Source of the DNA: Squalus acanthias
Lineage: Eukaryota
Direction: 5' to 3'
DNA length: 64,000 nt
NCBI GenBank assembly: GCA_030390025.1
Contig: CM059438.1
Span: 77,376,001-77,440,000 of the forward strand
Below the pieces are notes generated by a model, which made no database searches, had not been told where the DNA came from, and worked only from the letters and a program-made list of their open reading frames with translations. A program made the translations under genes and the position numbers. Positions 50,730 to 61,570 of this stretch are shown piece by piece (position 1 is the first letter of the stretch; the number at the start of each line of letters is the position of its first letter).

Positions 50730-50867
50730 GAAGCCATTGATCAAAAACATGCAGCTGTTGATGAAAAGGAGAATGAAATTCAACAGCTGCATCTAGCTTT
50801 GAGAGAAAAGGAACATGATTTTGATCGACTGAAGAGTCTCCTTGCCAACAATGAAGAAACTATTAAT
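50730..50867 (+). CDS. CDK5RAP2: Exon 16 (138 nt, EAIDQKHAAVDEKE...NNEETIN)
   Basis: aag / gtaagt; open frame, myomegalin-like coiled coil. Confidence 0.88.
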
Positions 50868-51874
50868 GTAAGTTTACTTTTAATGCGGGTTGAAAATTAT
50901 ATATGCTCTACAAATACATTCGTACATAAATTTTAAAATACCCTACAGTTATTTTCTCTGGATGTATTGTATAGGGACAAATTGTACTCTGGTGAGGCAA
51001 GAAATGATTTGTCAGCAAGCTGCTTCTGTCCATCTGTATGTACCTATCTGTATCTTAATAGTTTCAGTGAATTTAAATATTGAGTAAAACATTGGCTTAT
51101 AAACTTGCCTCTGTCTAAGTATTATTTTTTCATAATATTAAGAGTGAAATTTAAAATCTATGTGTAAAACAGTCCTACACTGGTCAGTGAGGAGCAGCAA
51201 CTGCCGTAGAAAGGGCTTAATTGTAGCAGAAACTTGCACATGCCTGTGTTGGGAAGCTGTTTGCAGGATTATACCCTGTGAAGTGGGAGCCCAAACCTGT
51301 AGGGCAACACACAAGAGGAATGAGAAAATAAAGGGTGGACATTTAATTTTGGAAAAACGGGATTCAGCTGAGACGTCTTAAGACAGGCCTCTATCTATGG
51401 ACTAGAACTCATCCAGCTTATGTTTTCAGTGTGATGCAGAGAAGTTTAAAAATATATATTTGTACTCCCAATTTATATTCAGTTGTGGATAAAATATTCT
51501 GAAGTAAGCATGTGCCACCATTGTAGTGGTGCAAAATGTATTTGAAAGGAAAACATTTTTTATTGGATTAGAACATTTTAGTTCAGATTGGTCGAATTCA
51601 ATTTCTGACAATTAACTTGTGATGACCTGAGTGTCCTTTTTAAGAATAAAGTTTGTTCGTTATCTGTAGGACACTAAGACTGCATTAATGTGGTTTACTT
51701 TGTTTATAATTGCTCTGGCTTATATTCACATTCCAAAACTGCAGAGTTTGAAGAGACCTCTAGAATGCAGTATTGTTTTCCAAATCATTTCCTATGACTG
51801 TTCTTGTCGTGGTAAGTAAAATTACTGTAACCTAATTGCTCTTTTGTGATAGTCAATTTAATTTTTTTTTGAAG

Positions 51875-52054
51875 AGCTTGGATGGTATGATTAAAGAAAA
51901 AGACACGGAGCTGCAGCATCTTGCAAATACGTGCAAGAATTTGCAAAGAGTGAAACAGGCGCTGGAGGATAGTCGAGCACGGTCACTCCGTGAGAAGGAT
52001 GCCGTTATTTCACAACTGCAGCAGTCTCTTAAAAATAAGACTGAAAATTTGGAG
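51875..52054 (+). CDS. CDK5RAP2: Exon 17 (180 nt, SLDGMIKEKDTELQHLANTCKNLQ...ENLE)
   Basis: T-tract gaag / gtaatt. Confidence 0.9.
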
Positions 52055-52470
52055 GTAATTAATCTTTGGACAAAAGTGAAAATTCTAGAAATGGGAATCT
52101 GAACAGACGTTTGTGTCATCTAGGTGCTGTGTAATATTGTGAAAATGGGTAATATATCTAATTCTAACCAGTCCAAACATGCTGCAGTATTTTTCTTCTG
52201 GTGAAGTTCTATCCCAAGTTTGATCAATAAAACTTTTTTTTTAAAGCATCAGTTTTCAGATGTTAGTCTGATGATGCTTTGTGTGGGTGTATGTGCATGT
52301 GCAAATATACAGCATAGTTGTTCATCCCACTTCTTGGGAATTAGACACTTCACAATAGGCGCATTAATTATTTCAGTTGTTTTTCTGGGTGAAGGGGTGG
52401 GCAGTTACTTATCAGTAGATGTAATAAGATTTTTAACTTTTTTCTTTCAATAATCTTTATTCTAATCCAG

Positions 52471-52665
52471 GAGATGACAAACTCACTGCTGAGCCAGGCT
52501 CAATGTGACACCAAAGACCTGGCAGAGCAGTTGAGTCAGCGCTTAAAGGTAAAGGAGAAGATGCTGGAGGATGCTTGGGCAGAGAAAAAGCAGCTGAGCT
52601 CCGAGCATGAAAAGGAGATTGAGGAACTATTCAAAGCCATTAACAGCAAGGATCAGCTCCTCAAA
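52471..52665 (+). CDS. CDK5RAP2: Exon 18 (195 nt, EMTNSLLSQ...KDQLLK)
   Basis: tccag / gtatgt. Confidence 0.9.
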
Positions 52666-52904
52666 GTATGTGGGTGGGAAGAAGATGTAACATACTTTTA
52701 TAAGCTTAATTGTTAAATGGTTTTTATATTGCTTGCATTTATATAGTGCCTTTTATTGTCAAAATCACTTTACACAATTGAAAACTATTCAGGTGCAGTG
52801 ATTCTGAAAAGCTTGAGCAAACCCGTGCTGCCATAAAACTTATTCTGCTTCATCTCTGAGCTGGACTGTAAATAGGGCCTGGTATTTGTAGCAAGCCGTT
52901 GATC

Positions 52905-53080
52905 TTGATTGTCACAGGGAGCCTAAAAATCCACGAGAGTCCATTCACTGTCTCTCCATAACTCCGGCAGAACCCCTGGAAAACAGCAGACATCCAGTTA
53001 TGCCGAGTCTCCGCTTTTCCTCGGGAGTTTCCGACGTGCCTTGTAAGGAGTGGAACCTCTTCCTGTCCCTTACAAAAGAA
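52905..53080. repeat. Inverted repeat, left arm (DNA-transposon-like fragment)
   Basis: Reverse complement of 54208-54382. Confidence 0.88.
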
Positions 53081-53738
53081 AATAAAACATATGTTGTCTG
53101 GTGCCAGAAGCAGGAACAGGACCTCCCAACACAGGGCGGTATTGATAGCCTGGCTCAGTCAGCAACTGCCATATCTCTGGAGGTTGGTATGAGCCAAGGG
53201 TGGCGTCCAGGCTAGAATCCCCGAAGAAAGCGTTGATTGATTTTTTTTTTTAAAACAGATTGGCCCCCCCCTTCTACAGGAGGCCAAGAGAGGCATGACT
53301 GAGGGTGGGAGGGATGCTGGGCAAGAAAAAAAGTTTTCATGAGAACAATCACCGAATCCTTGATTTAGAAAAGTCAACATGTACTGTTGCTGATCTTTTG
53401 GCCTAGAATATTTATGCTGCTGTTCATGCCTCTTTTCAAATACTCCCTTTTATAAAATGATCCTTTTAATAAAGGTGTTGTGTATTTATTCAACTGATGT
53501 TCTGCCATAGTGTAGTTGAAACAAATCTTCTGGCTGGGTACTAAACTTATTGAGGCGTTTCAATTATTTGATCATGAAAATTTAGGCTCTTCCATGTTTT
53601 CTAGTTGTTGAAAATCAGATACCATCAGCCATACAAGGATCCTAGAGCATTTTTTATTTAAAATTGCAACCTTGGGAGATAGGTACTATTTTCTTAGAAA
53701 TGGATCACTGAACATTTTTACTTTGCATTTCCTCTTAG

Positions 53739-53930
53739 GAGGCATCGGAGCGTTATAACCGCCGTCTGTCCGAACTGAATCGTGAGATTCAAGGGCTGAA
53801 TCGTCAGCATATTGAGAAAGAGCAACATGTCTCAGGCCTGGTGAAGCATGACTCTCTATTAAACCAGCAGCAGATACTAGAAATGGCTCAACTTAAAGCT
53901 GCTTTGGATGAAAAAGATAAGATTATTAAT
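53739..53930 (+). CDS. CDK5RAP2: Exon 19 (192 nt, EASERYNRRLSE...DEKDKIIN)
   Basis: cttag / gtgagt; phase 0-0. Confidence 0.9.
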
Positions 53931-54207
53931 GTGAGTATGACTGACTGCAAATCTAGATGCATTCACACAAATTGTATTACATTGTATTTCTGCCTCATTG
54001 AGATTGCAAGAAGTATCCGTCTTGCTGATCAGTTGGTAATAGTGTGACTTATCTTTTTTAGGTGGAAGGTGTAGTTTAGTTGTTTCTAATTTTAGGTGTA
54101 GAAGAATTGGAGCAGTTAATTAAAACCAGACAGGAGCCAGTCATTAAATTTAGTTGTCTTGTAATGTCTTCCAAAATTTAGACAGCATTTTTAAAAACTT
54201 GGTGACA

Positions 54208-54382
54208 TTTGTTTTGTAAGGAACAGGAAGAGGTTCCGCTCCTTGCAAGGCACGTCGGAAACTCCCGAGGAAAAGCGGAGACCCAGCATAACCGGGTTTC
54301 TGCCATTTTCCAGGGGTTCTGCCGAAGTTATGGCGAGATTGATGGGATCCTCGTAGATTTTCAGGCTCCCTGTGACAGCCAA
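54208..54382. repeat. Inverted repeat, right arm
   Basis: e.g. aaggcacgtcggaaactcccgaggaaaagcggagac exactly complements the left arm. Confidence 0.88.
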
Positions 54383-54656
54383 ACTTTGCTTCCTTGCACT
54401 TTTTAAGAAGGCTGGTTTTAGTGAAAACAGGCTTTTGGTTACTGAAGATTGTTGCTAGGAATAACAGTTCTGGTCTTTTTGTTGGAACTGGGCAAAGGGT
54501 GCACGAGAAGATGGCCCCAGGTTTGGGGGTGGTACACTCATTGGAAACTTGGTATATCATTACAACAAGTTCTTTAATGGTTTAATGTTTATTTCTGCAA
54601 CTTTTAATATACATATTTCTGGCACTAATTACAACCTTTTATTTCTTGTCTGGTAG

Positions 54657-54783
54657 AAACTGGTAGAGCATGGGCAAATGAAAGACCAGCATTTTGCTCA
54701 ACAGGAAATGCCAAACCCCTTGCACGTGCTTGAGCTGAAACAAACTATACAAATACTACAAGAACAGCTGCATGAGAGAGAAG
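54657..54783 (+). CDS. CDK5RAP2: Exon 20 (127 nt, KLVEHGQMKDQ...LQEQLHERE)
   Basis: gtag / G|gtagga; phase 0-1. Confidence 0.87.
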
Positions 54784-55129
54784 GTAGGAATTGACTGGAG
54801 TGGGGTTGGTACAAGAAAAAACGGATCATTTGAGTACATAACCTTCTAGTGCATTGTAATAATTCTGAGTGGTTGGGCTGTGTGAAGGTGGAGTTTTGGT
54901 TCCCCTCCACCACTGTGAAGTTGGATACTCGAGGCAATATGTGGAAGGTTCTGTGGAGAGAGGAAGAGTGAGAAGCAAAAGACAAAGTGATGTTGTATTT
55001 TGACTTTTTTACTGCAGTTACAATTTATTATTAACACCATGATCCACATGTAATTATGTCTGTAGATCCTTTGGTGAAAGAAACCAGACCCCATCACCTA
55101 CTGTTGTACATGAGAGCTCACAACCTGTG

Positions 55130-55632
55130 TCAACTCGTTTAAAATGCTACAGCCTCGGTCCTCAGCCACACAAAGTCTACACGCTTTCATTATCTCACCC
55201 CGCGCCACTTATCTTCTCCAAGTTCCACTGGTTTCTAGTGCCCCAGCAAGTGGACTTTGAAATTCTCATCTTCTCTTTCAAATCTGTCTAAATCCCTCAA
55301 CCTATTTTAGTGATCTTCTCCTGCTTTACATCCCCGCACTTATCCGCACTCTAACACTGGGCTTCTCCTTGTACCCTGCTCCACCTGTGGCAGCTGTTTG
55401 TTCAGCATTCTGGGATTGCCTGTCCAGTACCCTCCTCGCCACCTCACTCCTGCATTTTTAAAAGAGCTTCTTAAACCCTTCTCTTCAACCTTGCCTTTGG
55501 TTTCCCAAACCCCTCCCATTTCTTCTGTTTCCCCTCTTGTTTGGCATCTACTGTTTTGTCCTCCTAAATTTAAGTGCTTTGAGACCTCTTTCTGTGCGAG
55601 AAGAGTAATACAGAAAGGCAGCTTGTATATTT
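55130..55632 (+). mobile_element. Degenerate L2 3' fragment
   Basis: caaaatgct-like, aaattctcatc..ttcaaatc, cttaaacc motifs colinear with 27370-27850. Confidence 0.55.
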
Positions 55633-56023
55633 AATCCGGTGCCTCTTGCAGGTTGGATTAAAGTACATGCAAGATGTTCTCTTAATAAGAAAACATTGAT
55701 GCCTTTTGCAGCATCTGATTTAGATTTTGTTAGTTACTGATGACACGCCCCCTTCCATTACAGATGGATTTGATTTTTATCCAGAGTATAAAAGTAAAAC
55801 TTGCAGAAACTAAATTTCAACCAAGAGATTTCACTAACAGTGACTAATGTTAATGGGGCGTGATGCAACCACGTCACTAATTTGAGCTCAGTAATTTTAG
55901 TTAATAGATCAGACCTGGATATGGTAGAACCAAGATTTTAAATCGATTTATGCAAACCTCACAATGTGCCCCCACCTGGTTGCTCTAAATAATTAATACA
56001 TTTCACTTCTTTCGTTATCTTAG

Positions 56024-56169
56024 CTGAATTAACTCAACACGAACCCGCAGAAGATGAGATGCTTGTTAAAATGCCCCGAAGCAAGACGAGCTTAGCCAGC
56101 CTGAAAACTGAGCTCGCTCAAAAAACTGAAGAGCTAAACAAGGCCTTGAAGAAAGAAAATGAGGCAAAA
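56024..56169 (+). CDS. CDK5RAP2: Exon 21 (146 nt, ...LKTELAQKTEELNKALKKENEAK)
   Basis: cttag / gtatgt; phase 1-0. Confidence 0.88.
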
Positions 56170-56290
56170 GTATGTTGTAGCCAAAACTAGTCTCGGCATA
56201 ACTGATAGTTGAATGCTTTTCAAATGAAGTCATATTTCTGGATGAAAGAGTAACTGAGAATTTTTTTTTTAAACTCTCTTAATTTTCCAG

Positions 56291-56407
56291 ATGGAAGTGG
56301 CTCGACTCCGGTCTCTTCTTGACCAATTGGAAAAAGATACTCGGACACAGGCTGCAAATATTGAATCATTATCCAAAACCATGCTGGTCAAGGATGAAAT
56401 CATTAAA
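56291..56407 (+). CDS. CDK5RAP2: Exon 22 (117 nt, MEVARLRSLLDQ...QAANIESLSKTMLVKDEIIK)
   Basis: ttccag / gtaaga. Confidence 0.9.
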
Positions 56408-56892
56408 GTAAGACGATCAGGACATCCTTTCTGTACAGTTGGGGTGAATTTGCAACCACTAGTGTAATGATGCATTTACACTGCTACTTTAGCATTACTG
56501 CAACGCAGTTTAGATCTCACTGTGATGCTAAAGGTGCAGTATAAATCTGAAGTGAGTGCCTGATCTGCTTGGGTTTGGCACTCTGGTCCAGTGGGGTTTA
56601 AAAAGTGCTCAGGTGTCCCTTATTCCCAGTGAGCAATCTTAAACCTACCTGGAGTTAATTTAAATGTTTGTGGATACTGCTACCCAAGCTTTCGAAGGGG
56701 GTGAAATTCCTCGGAGCCTGCTGCAGTAAGTTGGGAAGAAACCCCGTTTCGGTGGTAACCCTGCTTACGCACGTAACCTCTGCCAAAGTTACGGTGGCAG
56801 AGCAGGAGAAACCCCAAGGAAATTCTTGGTGGAAGTGAAATGTTTCCTTTTGATAGAAGAGGAATCGTTGAAATTATAGTCTTTTTATCATC

Positions 56893-57327
56893 CGTGGCTC
56901 AGTGGGTAGCACTCTCTCGCCTCTGAGTCAGAAGGTTGTGGGTTTAAGTCTCACTCCAGAGACTTGAGCACATAATCTAGGCTGACACTCCAGTGCAGTG
57001 CTGAGGGAGTGCTGCAGTGTTGGAGGTGCCCTCTTTCAGATGAAATATTAAACCAAAGCCCTTCTGCCCCCTCAGATGGATGTAAAAGATCCCATGGCAC
57101 TATTTCAAAGAAGAGCAGGGGAGTTCTCCCGGTGTTCTGGACAATATTTATCCCTCAACCAGTCACTAAAACAGATTATATGGTCGTTAGCATGGAACCT
57201 TGTTATGTGCAAATTGGCTGCAGCATTCCTACATTACAATAGTGGCGCGATACTTTTAAAAGTACTTCCTTGGCTGTAAAGCGCTTCGCGATGTCCTGAA
57301 GTCGTGAAAGGTGCTATATAAATGCAA
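56893..57327 (+). mobile_element. Full-length DeuSINE (SacSINE1-like)
   Basis: Same structure as 28930-29372; tail gtgaaaggtgctatataaatgcaa. Confidence 0.88.
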
Positions 57328-57376
57328 TTTTTCTCTCTTTTTGTAAACTTTGTAGTTAATATTTTTGTTATCACAG

Positions 57377-57517
57377 GACCTTCAGTCTAGATGTACCTCC
57401 TCTGAGGTAAAGGGAGCAGAGCATTTTACAAGGGAAGTAATTGTGCTGAAGGATGGTATCAAGAGACCTGAGCACCCGCCAAGAGAGAGAACTATCATCG
57501 GAGGAGACAGCCAGCAG
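57377..57517 (+). CDS. CDK5RAP2: Exon 23 (141 nt, DLQSRCT...HPPRERTIIGGDSQQ)
   Basis: cacag / CAG|gtttga; open frame, phase 0-0. Confidence 0.82.
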
Positions 57518-57622
57518 GTTTGAAAATTTACACTGCTATTTGATTTTTGTTTTTATGTGTGTTTTACTTAAATTCAGTTAACAAGGGCACAGAGATAACC
57601 GCTAGTTATATATTTTTTGCAG

Positions 57623-57732
57623 TCTGTCCTGACTCTAGAAGATCAGATGTCAGAGGAACACTTGCACCATGCACTAAAGACTGAGCAGCAGCTCTACTCT
57701 AGACTCATCAAAGCAGTAAAAGAATCAGACAG
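57623..57732 (+). CDS. CDK5RAP2: Exon 24 (110 nt, ...ALKTEQQLYSRLIKAVKESD)
   Basis: ttttgcag / AG|gtagaa; LKxEQxxYxxL motif. Confidence 0.9.
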
Positions 57733-58169
57733 GTAGAAAATGCCGACTGTTTCTATATTTATTAAATATGTGCCGGGTTCTTCTAAAATAAGACCTAAAC
57801 ATTAAGGATTTTGAAGCTTCATGTATTTCTGTTTGTAGCTGGCTTATTTTTAAACAACATGCAAGACCTGGGCTACTAGAATACACTTTTGCCACCAAGT
57901 ATATATTAGATGTGAAATGCATCTGATATGTTTAAAATAACAGCTTGAGCTCATTTCTCATACTGAGCTAGCCTCTAATAAAGACAAAAAACTGAGTTAA
58001 CTCTGCAAAAAATTGTCACTGTTTTGTTTTCATTCTTTGCTGCAAAGGATTTAAAACATGCACTTTACTCGAGATTCATGATTTTAGTTTTAAATAAATG
58101 CTGTTGTTTTAGATTTTACATAGCGATTTTAATGGGACTCCAAAGTGGGTAATTTTTTTTTGAACAATG

Positions 58170-58575
58170 TCTGAGGGGATTAGCTGAGGCAGTGGGTTAA
58201 ATTTTACCTTTGGGATCTGGGCTCAAATCCAGCCCAGACGGATGAGTTTAAAGTTTCTGTTTTCCAGCTGGAAGGATTCTATGTGCAATGAGTTTGAGCA
58301 GTCTCAAATTCCTAGTCGGCAGGCTCCTACATCGCAAAACTCAATAGTTTGACATTAATTGCCAATCCCAGTTGGATGCTGCAGGAAGGCTGGTTATTCA
58401 AAATGGTTGGTATGGGGGTGGGGTGGAGGAGGAAGTTTCACTGTAGAGGGAGCTTATTCTGCATATGGCTGTGCTGTAGTTTACCTGGATGTGCTTGAAA
58501 GCTCTATATAAGACTCCTCCGCGCTCCAGAAACAGTTGATCTTACTGCTTCCAACAGCTGACTATCAGCATTCCC
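58170..58575 (+). mobile_element. LF-SINE-like element
   Basis: Ordered blocks caaatccagcccag, ctatgtgcaatgagtt, gtctca..ttcctagt..cagg..acatcgcaaaac, cattaattg match the LF-SINE consensus as I recall it. Confidence 0.65.
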
Positions 58576-58755
58576 ATTATGTGCTTCTCTCCATTAGACT
58601 GCGATAGAAACCTGTTTATTACATTGTGCCCATACAATACAATAAGTAAACCTCCCAGTGTACATTTTTATAAATCGGCTGTATGAGGAGCTCTGTTTAG
58701 TTCTTGTTCGTTTTTGTTTCCCATGACTCTGCTTCTTTACTATATTTCTGTACAG

Positions 58756-58895
58756 CCGCAGCCGGATCCAAGCCTTGCAGATGGAGCTGACAGCCATTCA
58801 GTTGCTACGGCAACAGCTTGAAGAAAGCATTCAAATGAATCGAGATCTGCAGAAGAACTTGGAACAACAAATCCAGGAGGCAAAAAGAAAAGAAG
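58756..58895 (+). CDS. CDK5RAP2: Exon 25 (140 nt, RIQALQMELTAIQLLRQQLEESIQMNRDLQKNLEQQIQEAKRKE)
   Basis: tacag / G|gtagga; phase 2-1. Confidence 0.9.
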
Positions 58896-58904
58896 GTAGG
58901 ATAC

Positions 58905-60880
58905 AAATAAGAACATAAATAGGAGCAGGAGTAGGCCATTTGGCCCCTTGAGCCTGCTCCACCACTCAATAAGATCATGGCTGATCTGATCTTGGCCTCA
59001 ACTCCACTTTCCTGAACTATCCCCATATCCTTTGATTCACTGAATATCCAAAAATCTATCGATCTCTGTCTTGAATATACTCAACGACTGAGCCTCCACA
59101 GCCCTCTGGGGTAGAGAATTCCAACGATTCACCACCCTCTGAGTGAAGAAATTACTCCTCATCTCAGCCCTAAATGGCCGACCCCTTATTCTGAGACTGT
59201 GACCCCTGGTTCTAGACTCCCCAGCCAGGGGAAACATCCGCCCTGCATCTACCCTGTCAAGCCCTGTAAGAATTTTGTATGTTTCAATGAGATCACCTCT
59301 CATTCTTCTAAACTCTGGAGAATATAGGCCTAGTCTACTCAATCTCTCCTCCTAGGACAATTTCCTTTCTCTTTTTCCCCCCCCCCATCCCAGGAATCAG
59401 TCTGGTGAACCTTCATTGCACTCCCTCTATGGCAAGTATATCCTTCCTTAGGTAAGACCAAAACTGTACACAATACTCCAGGTATGGTCTCACCAGGGCA
59501 CTATATAATTGCAGTAAGACGTCTTTACTCTTGTACTCAAATCCTCTTGTAATAAAGGCCAACATTCCATTTGCTTTCCTAATTGCTTGCTGTACCTGCA
59601 TGTTAACTTTCAGTGATTCGTGTACAAGGACACCCAGGTCCCTCTGAACACCAACATTTCCCAATCTCTCACCATTTTAAAAATACTCTGCTTTTCTATT
59701 TTTCCTACCAAAGTGAATAACTTCACATTTCTCCACATTATATTCCATTTGCCATGTTCTTTCCCATTCACTTAGCTTATCTATATCCCGTTGAAGCCTC
59801 TTTGCATCCTCCTCACAACTTACATTCCCACCCAGCTTTGTATCATCAGCAAACTTGGATATATTACATTTGGTCCCCTTATCCAAATCATTGATGTAGA
59901 TTGTGAATAGCTGAGGCCCAAGCACTGATCCTTGCGATACCCCACTACTTGCAGCCTGCCAACCCAAAAATGACCCGTTTATTCCTACTCTCTGTTTTCT
60001 GTCTGTTAACCAATCCTCAATCCATGCTAGTATATTACCCCCAATCCCATGAGCCCTAATTTTATTTAATAACCTCGTGTGGCACCTTATCGAATGCCTT
60101 CTGAAAATCCAAATACACCACATCCACTGGTTCCCCCTTATCTATCCTAGTTACAACCTGAAAAAAAGGATTTCATAAATCTGTGTTGACTCTGCCCAAT
60201 CCTATTACTATTTTCTAAGCGCCCTGTTTACCATGTCCTGAATAATAGATTCTAGTATTTTCCCTACGACTGATGTCACGCCTAACTGATCTGTAGTTCC
60301 CCGTTTACTCTCTTCCCTCTTTTAAATAGTGGGGTTACATTTGCTATCTTCCACGCCACAGGAACCATTATGGAATTTTGGAAAAATGACAACCAATGCA
60401 TCCAATATCTCTATAGCCACCTCCTTTCAAAACCCTAGGATTTCGGCCATCGGGTCCAGGGGATTTATCGGCTTTCAGTCCCATTAATTTCTCCAGCTAA
60501 CTAATACTAATTTCTTTCAGTTCCTCATTCTTGCTAGACCCTTGGTTCTCCACTATTTCCAGTAGGTTTTTTGTGTCTTCTTCCGTGAAGACAGGCACAA
60601 AGTATTTGTTTAATTTCTCTGCCATTTCCTTATTCCCCATTATAATTTCTCCTTTCTCAGTCTGTAAGGGGCCCACATTTACTTTTGCTAATCTTTTCCT
60701 TTTTACATACCTATAGACGCTTCTACAGTCTGTTTTTATGTCTCTCGCTCATTTACTCTCATTATATTTTCCCTTTCTTTATCAATTTCTTGGTCCTCCT
60801 TTGCTGAATTCTAAAATCCTCCCAATCCTCAGGCTTTTGGTAACATTATAAGCCTAACTTTGATCTAATACTATCCTTAA
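58905..60880 (-). mobile_element. CR1 LINE, RT domain to 3' tail, frameshifted
   Basis: SGVSQGSVLGPQLFTIYINDLD..KFADDTKLGG; RPYLEYCVQFW; tail ttatgttcttat. Confidence 0.95.
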
Positions 60881-61039
60881 AATGGTGGATTGTAGCGCAT
60901 TATGGAGTTGCTGAAAGAGCAAACGTATAACAAAGTTTATTAAATGGCAAATTTAAGTAATACAATACATTTTGAATGAAGAGGATACCTGCAGTTTGGT
61001 TTTTGATTTTTTAATTACATTTGTAAAAGCATGACTTCT

Positions 61040-61385
61040 TTTCATGTGTAAGCCCAGACAGTTGGCAAGCTCTTTGATAGTGGACAGTATCACAGCAGTG
61101 TTCAAGCTTGTTCACATACATTGTCCACCCATGTGCACATTCCAGCAGGAGTCACTGGATAGTGATCCCGAACAGGAATCCTGACTGAGGTTTATTTCCC
61201 CTTCTTTCCCTAGCCCACAGGCACTGAGGTTGATTAATGCTCCCCATCTGCTGCACAGAGTAAAATCGGCTAAGTCAGTACGGACCAGTAATCAAACTTG
61301 GGGGATTCTGGTCTGAATGGCTTTGTTCTGGTCTGAATGGCTTTGTTCTATACTAAGTGATGCCTTTACCCACTGAATCATTGGT
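61040..61385 (-). mobile_element. Ancient SINE-like repeat, copy of the 49580-49945 family
   Basis: tccagcagga gtcactggatagtgatc; ttccctagccc..ggcactgagg; internal 20-bp tandem duplication. Confidence 0.6.
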
Positions 61386-61429
61386 GGGGGCCTGCCCCAT
61401 AGAATTATAACAACATTTCACTGACAGCT

Positions 61430-61570
61430 TTTTTAGATTTTTATTGGCAAGGGTACTAAGGGTTACGGAAGCAAGGCGGGTAGATGGAGTTAAGATACAG
61501 ATCAACGATGATCTAATTGAATGATGGAACAGGCTCGAGGGGCTGAATGGCCTATTCCTGTTTCTATGTG
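61430..61570 (+). mobile_element. CR1 3' UTR fragment
   Basis: gatctaattgaatg..caggctcgaggggctgaatggccta. Confidence 0.8.

Larger units (their letters stand above)
3071..58895 (+). other. CDK5RAP2: Partial multi-exon gene: CDK5 regulatory subunit-associated protein 2 (centrosomin/CM1 family), 24 coding exons plus an alternative first exon
   Basis: Manually spliced GT-AG exons give one continuous frame: SPIRARTMKEFET-QITDLKKENFNLKLRIYFLEERMQQ-NIELKVELESLK-KAVESLAG...AEKQNSLKRDKTIQGLTLALKAKDKE. Exon sizes 68/111/77/124/54/120/93/219/171 match my recollection of human CDK5RAP2; PDE4DIP is the less likely alternative. Confidence 0.85.

Noticed and set aside
3071-58895. Calling the gene PDE4DIP (myomegalin)
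   Set aside because: Despite the SMYLE-like exon and extra rod exons, SPIRARTMKEFE, ENFNLKL, KAVESLA..EIQRVK and the exon sizes fit CDK5RAP2 better; not formally excluded without a tree
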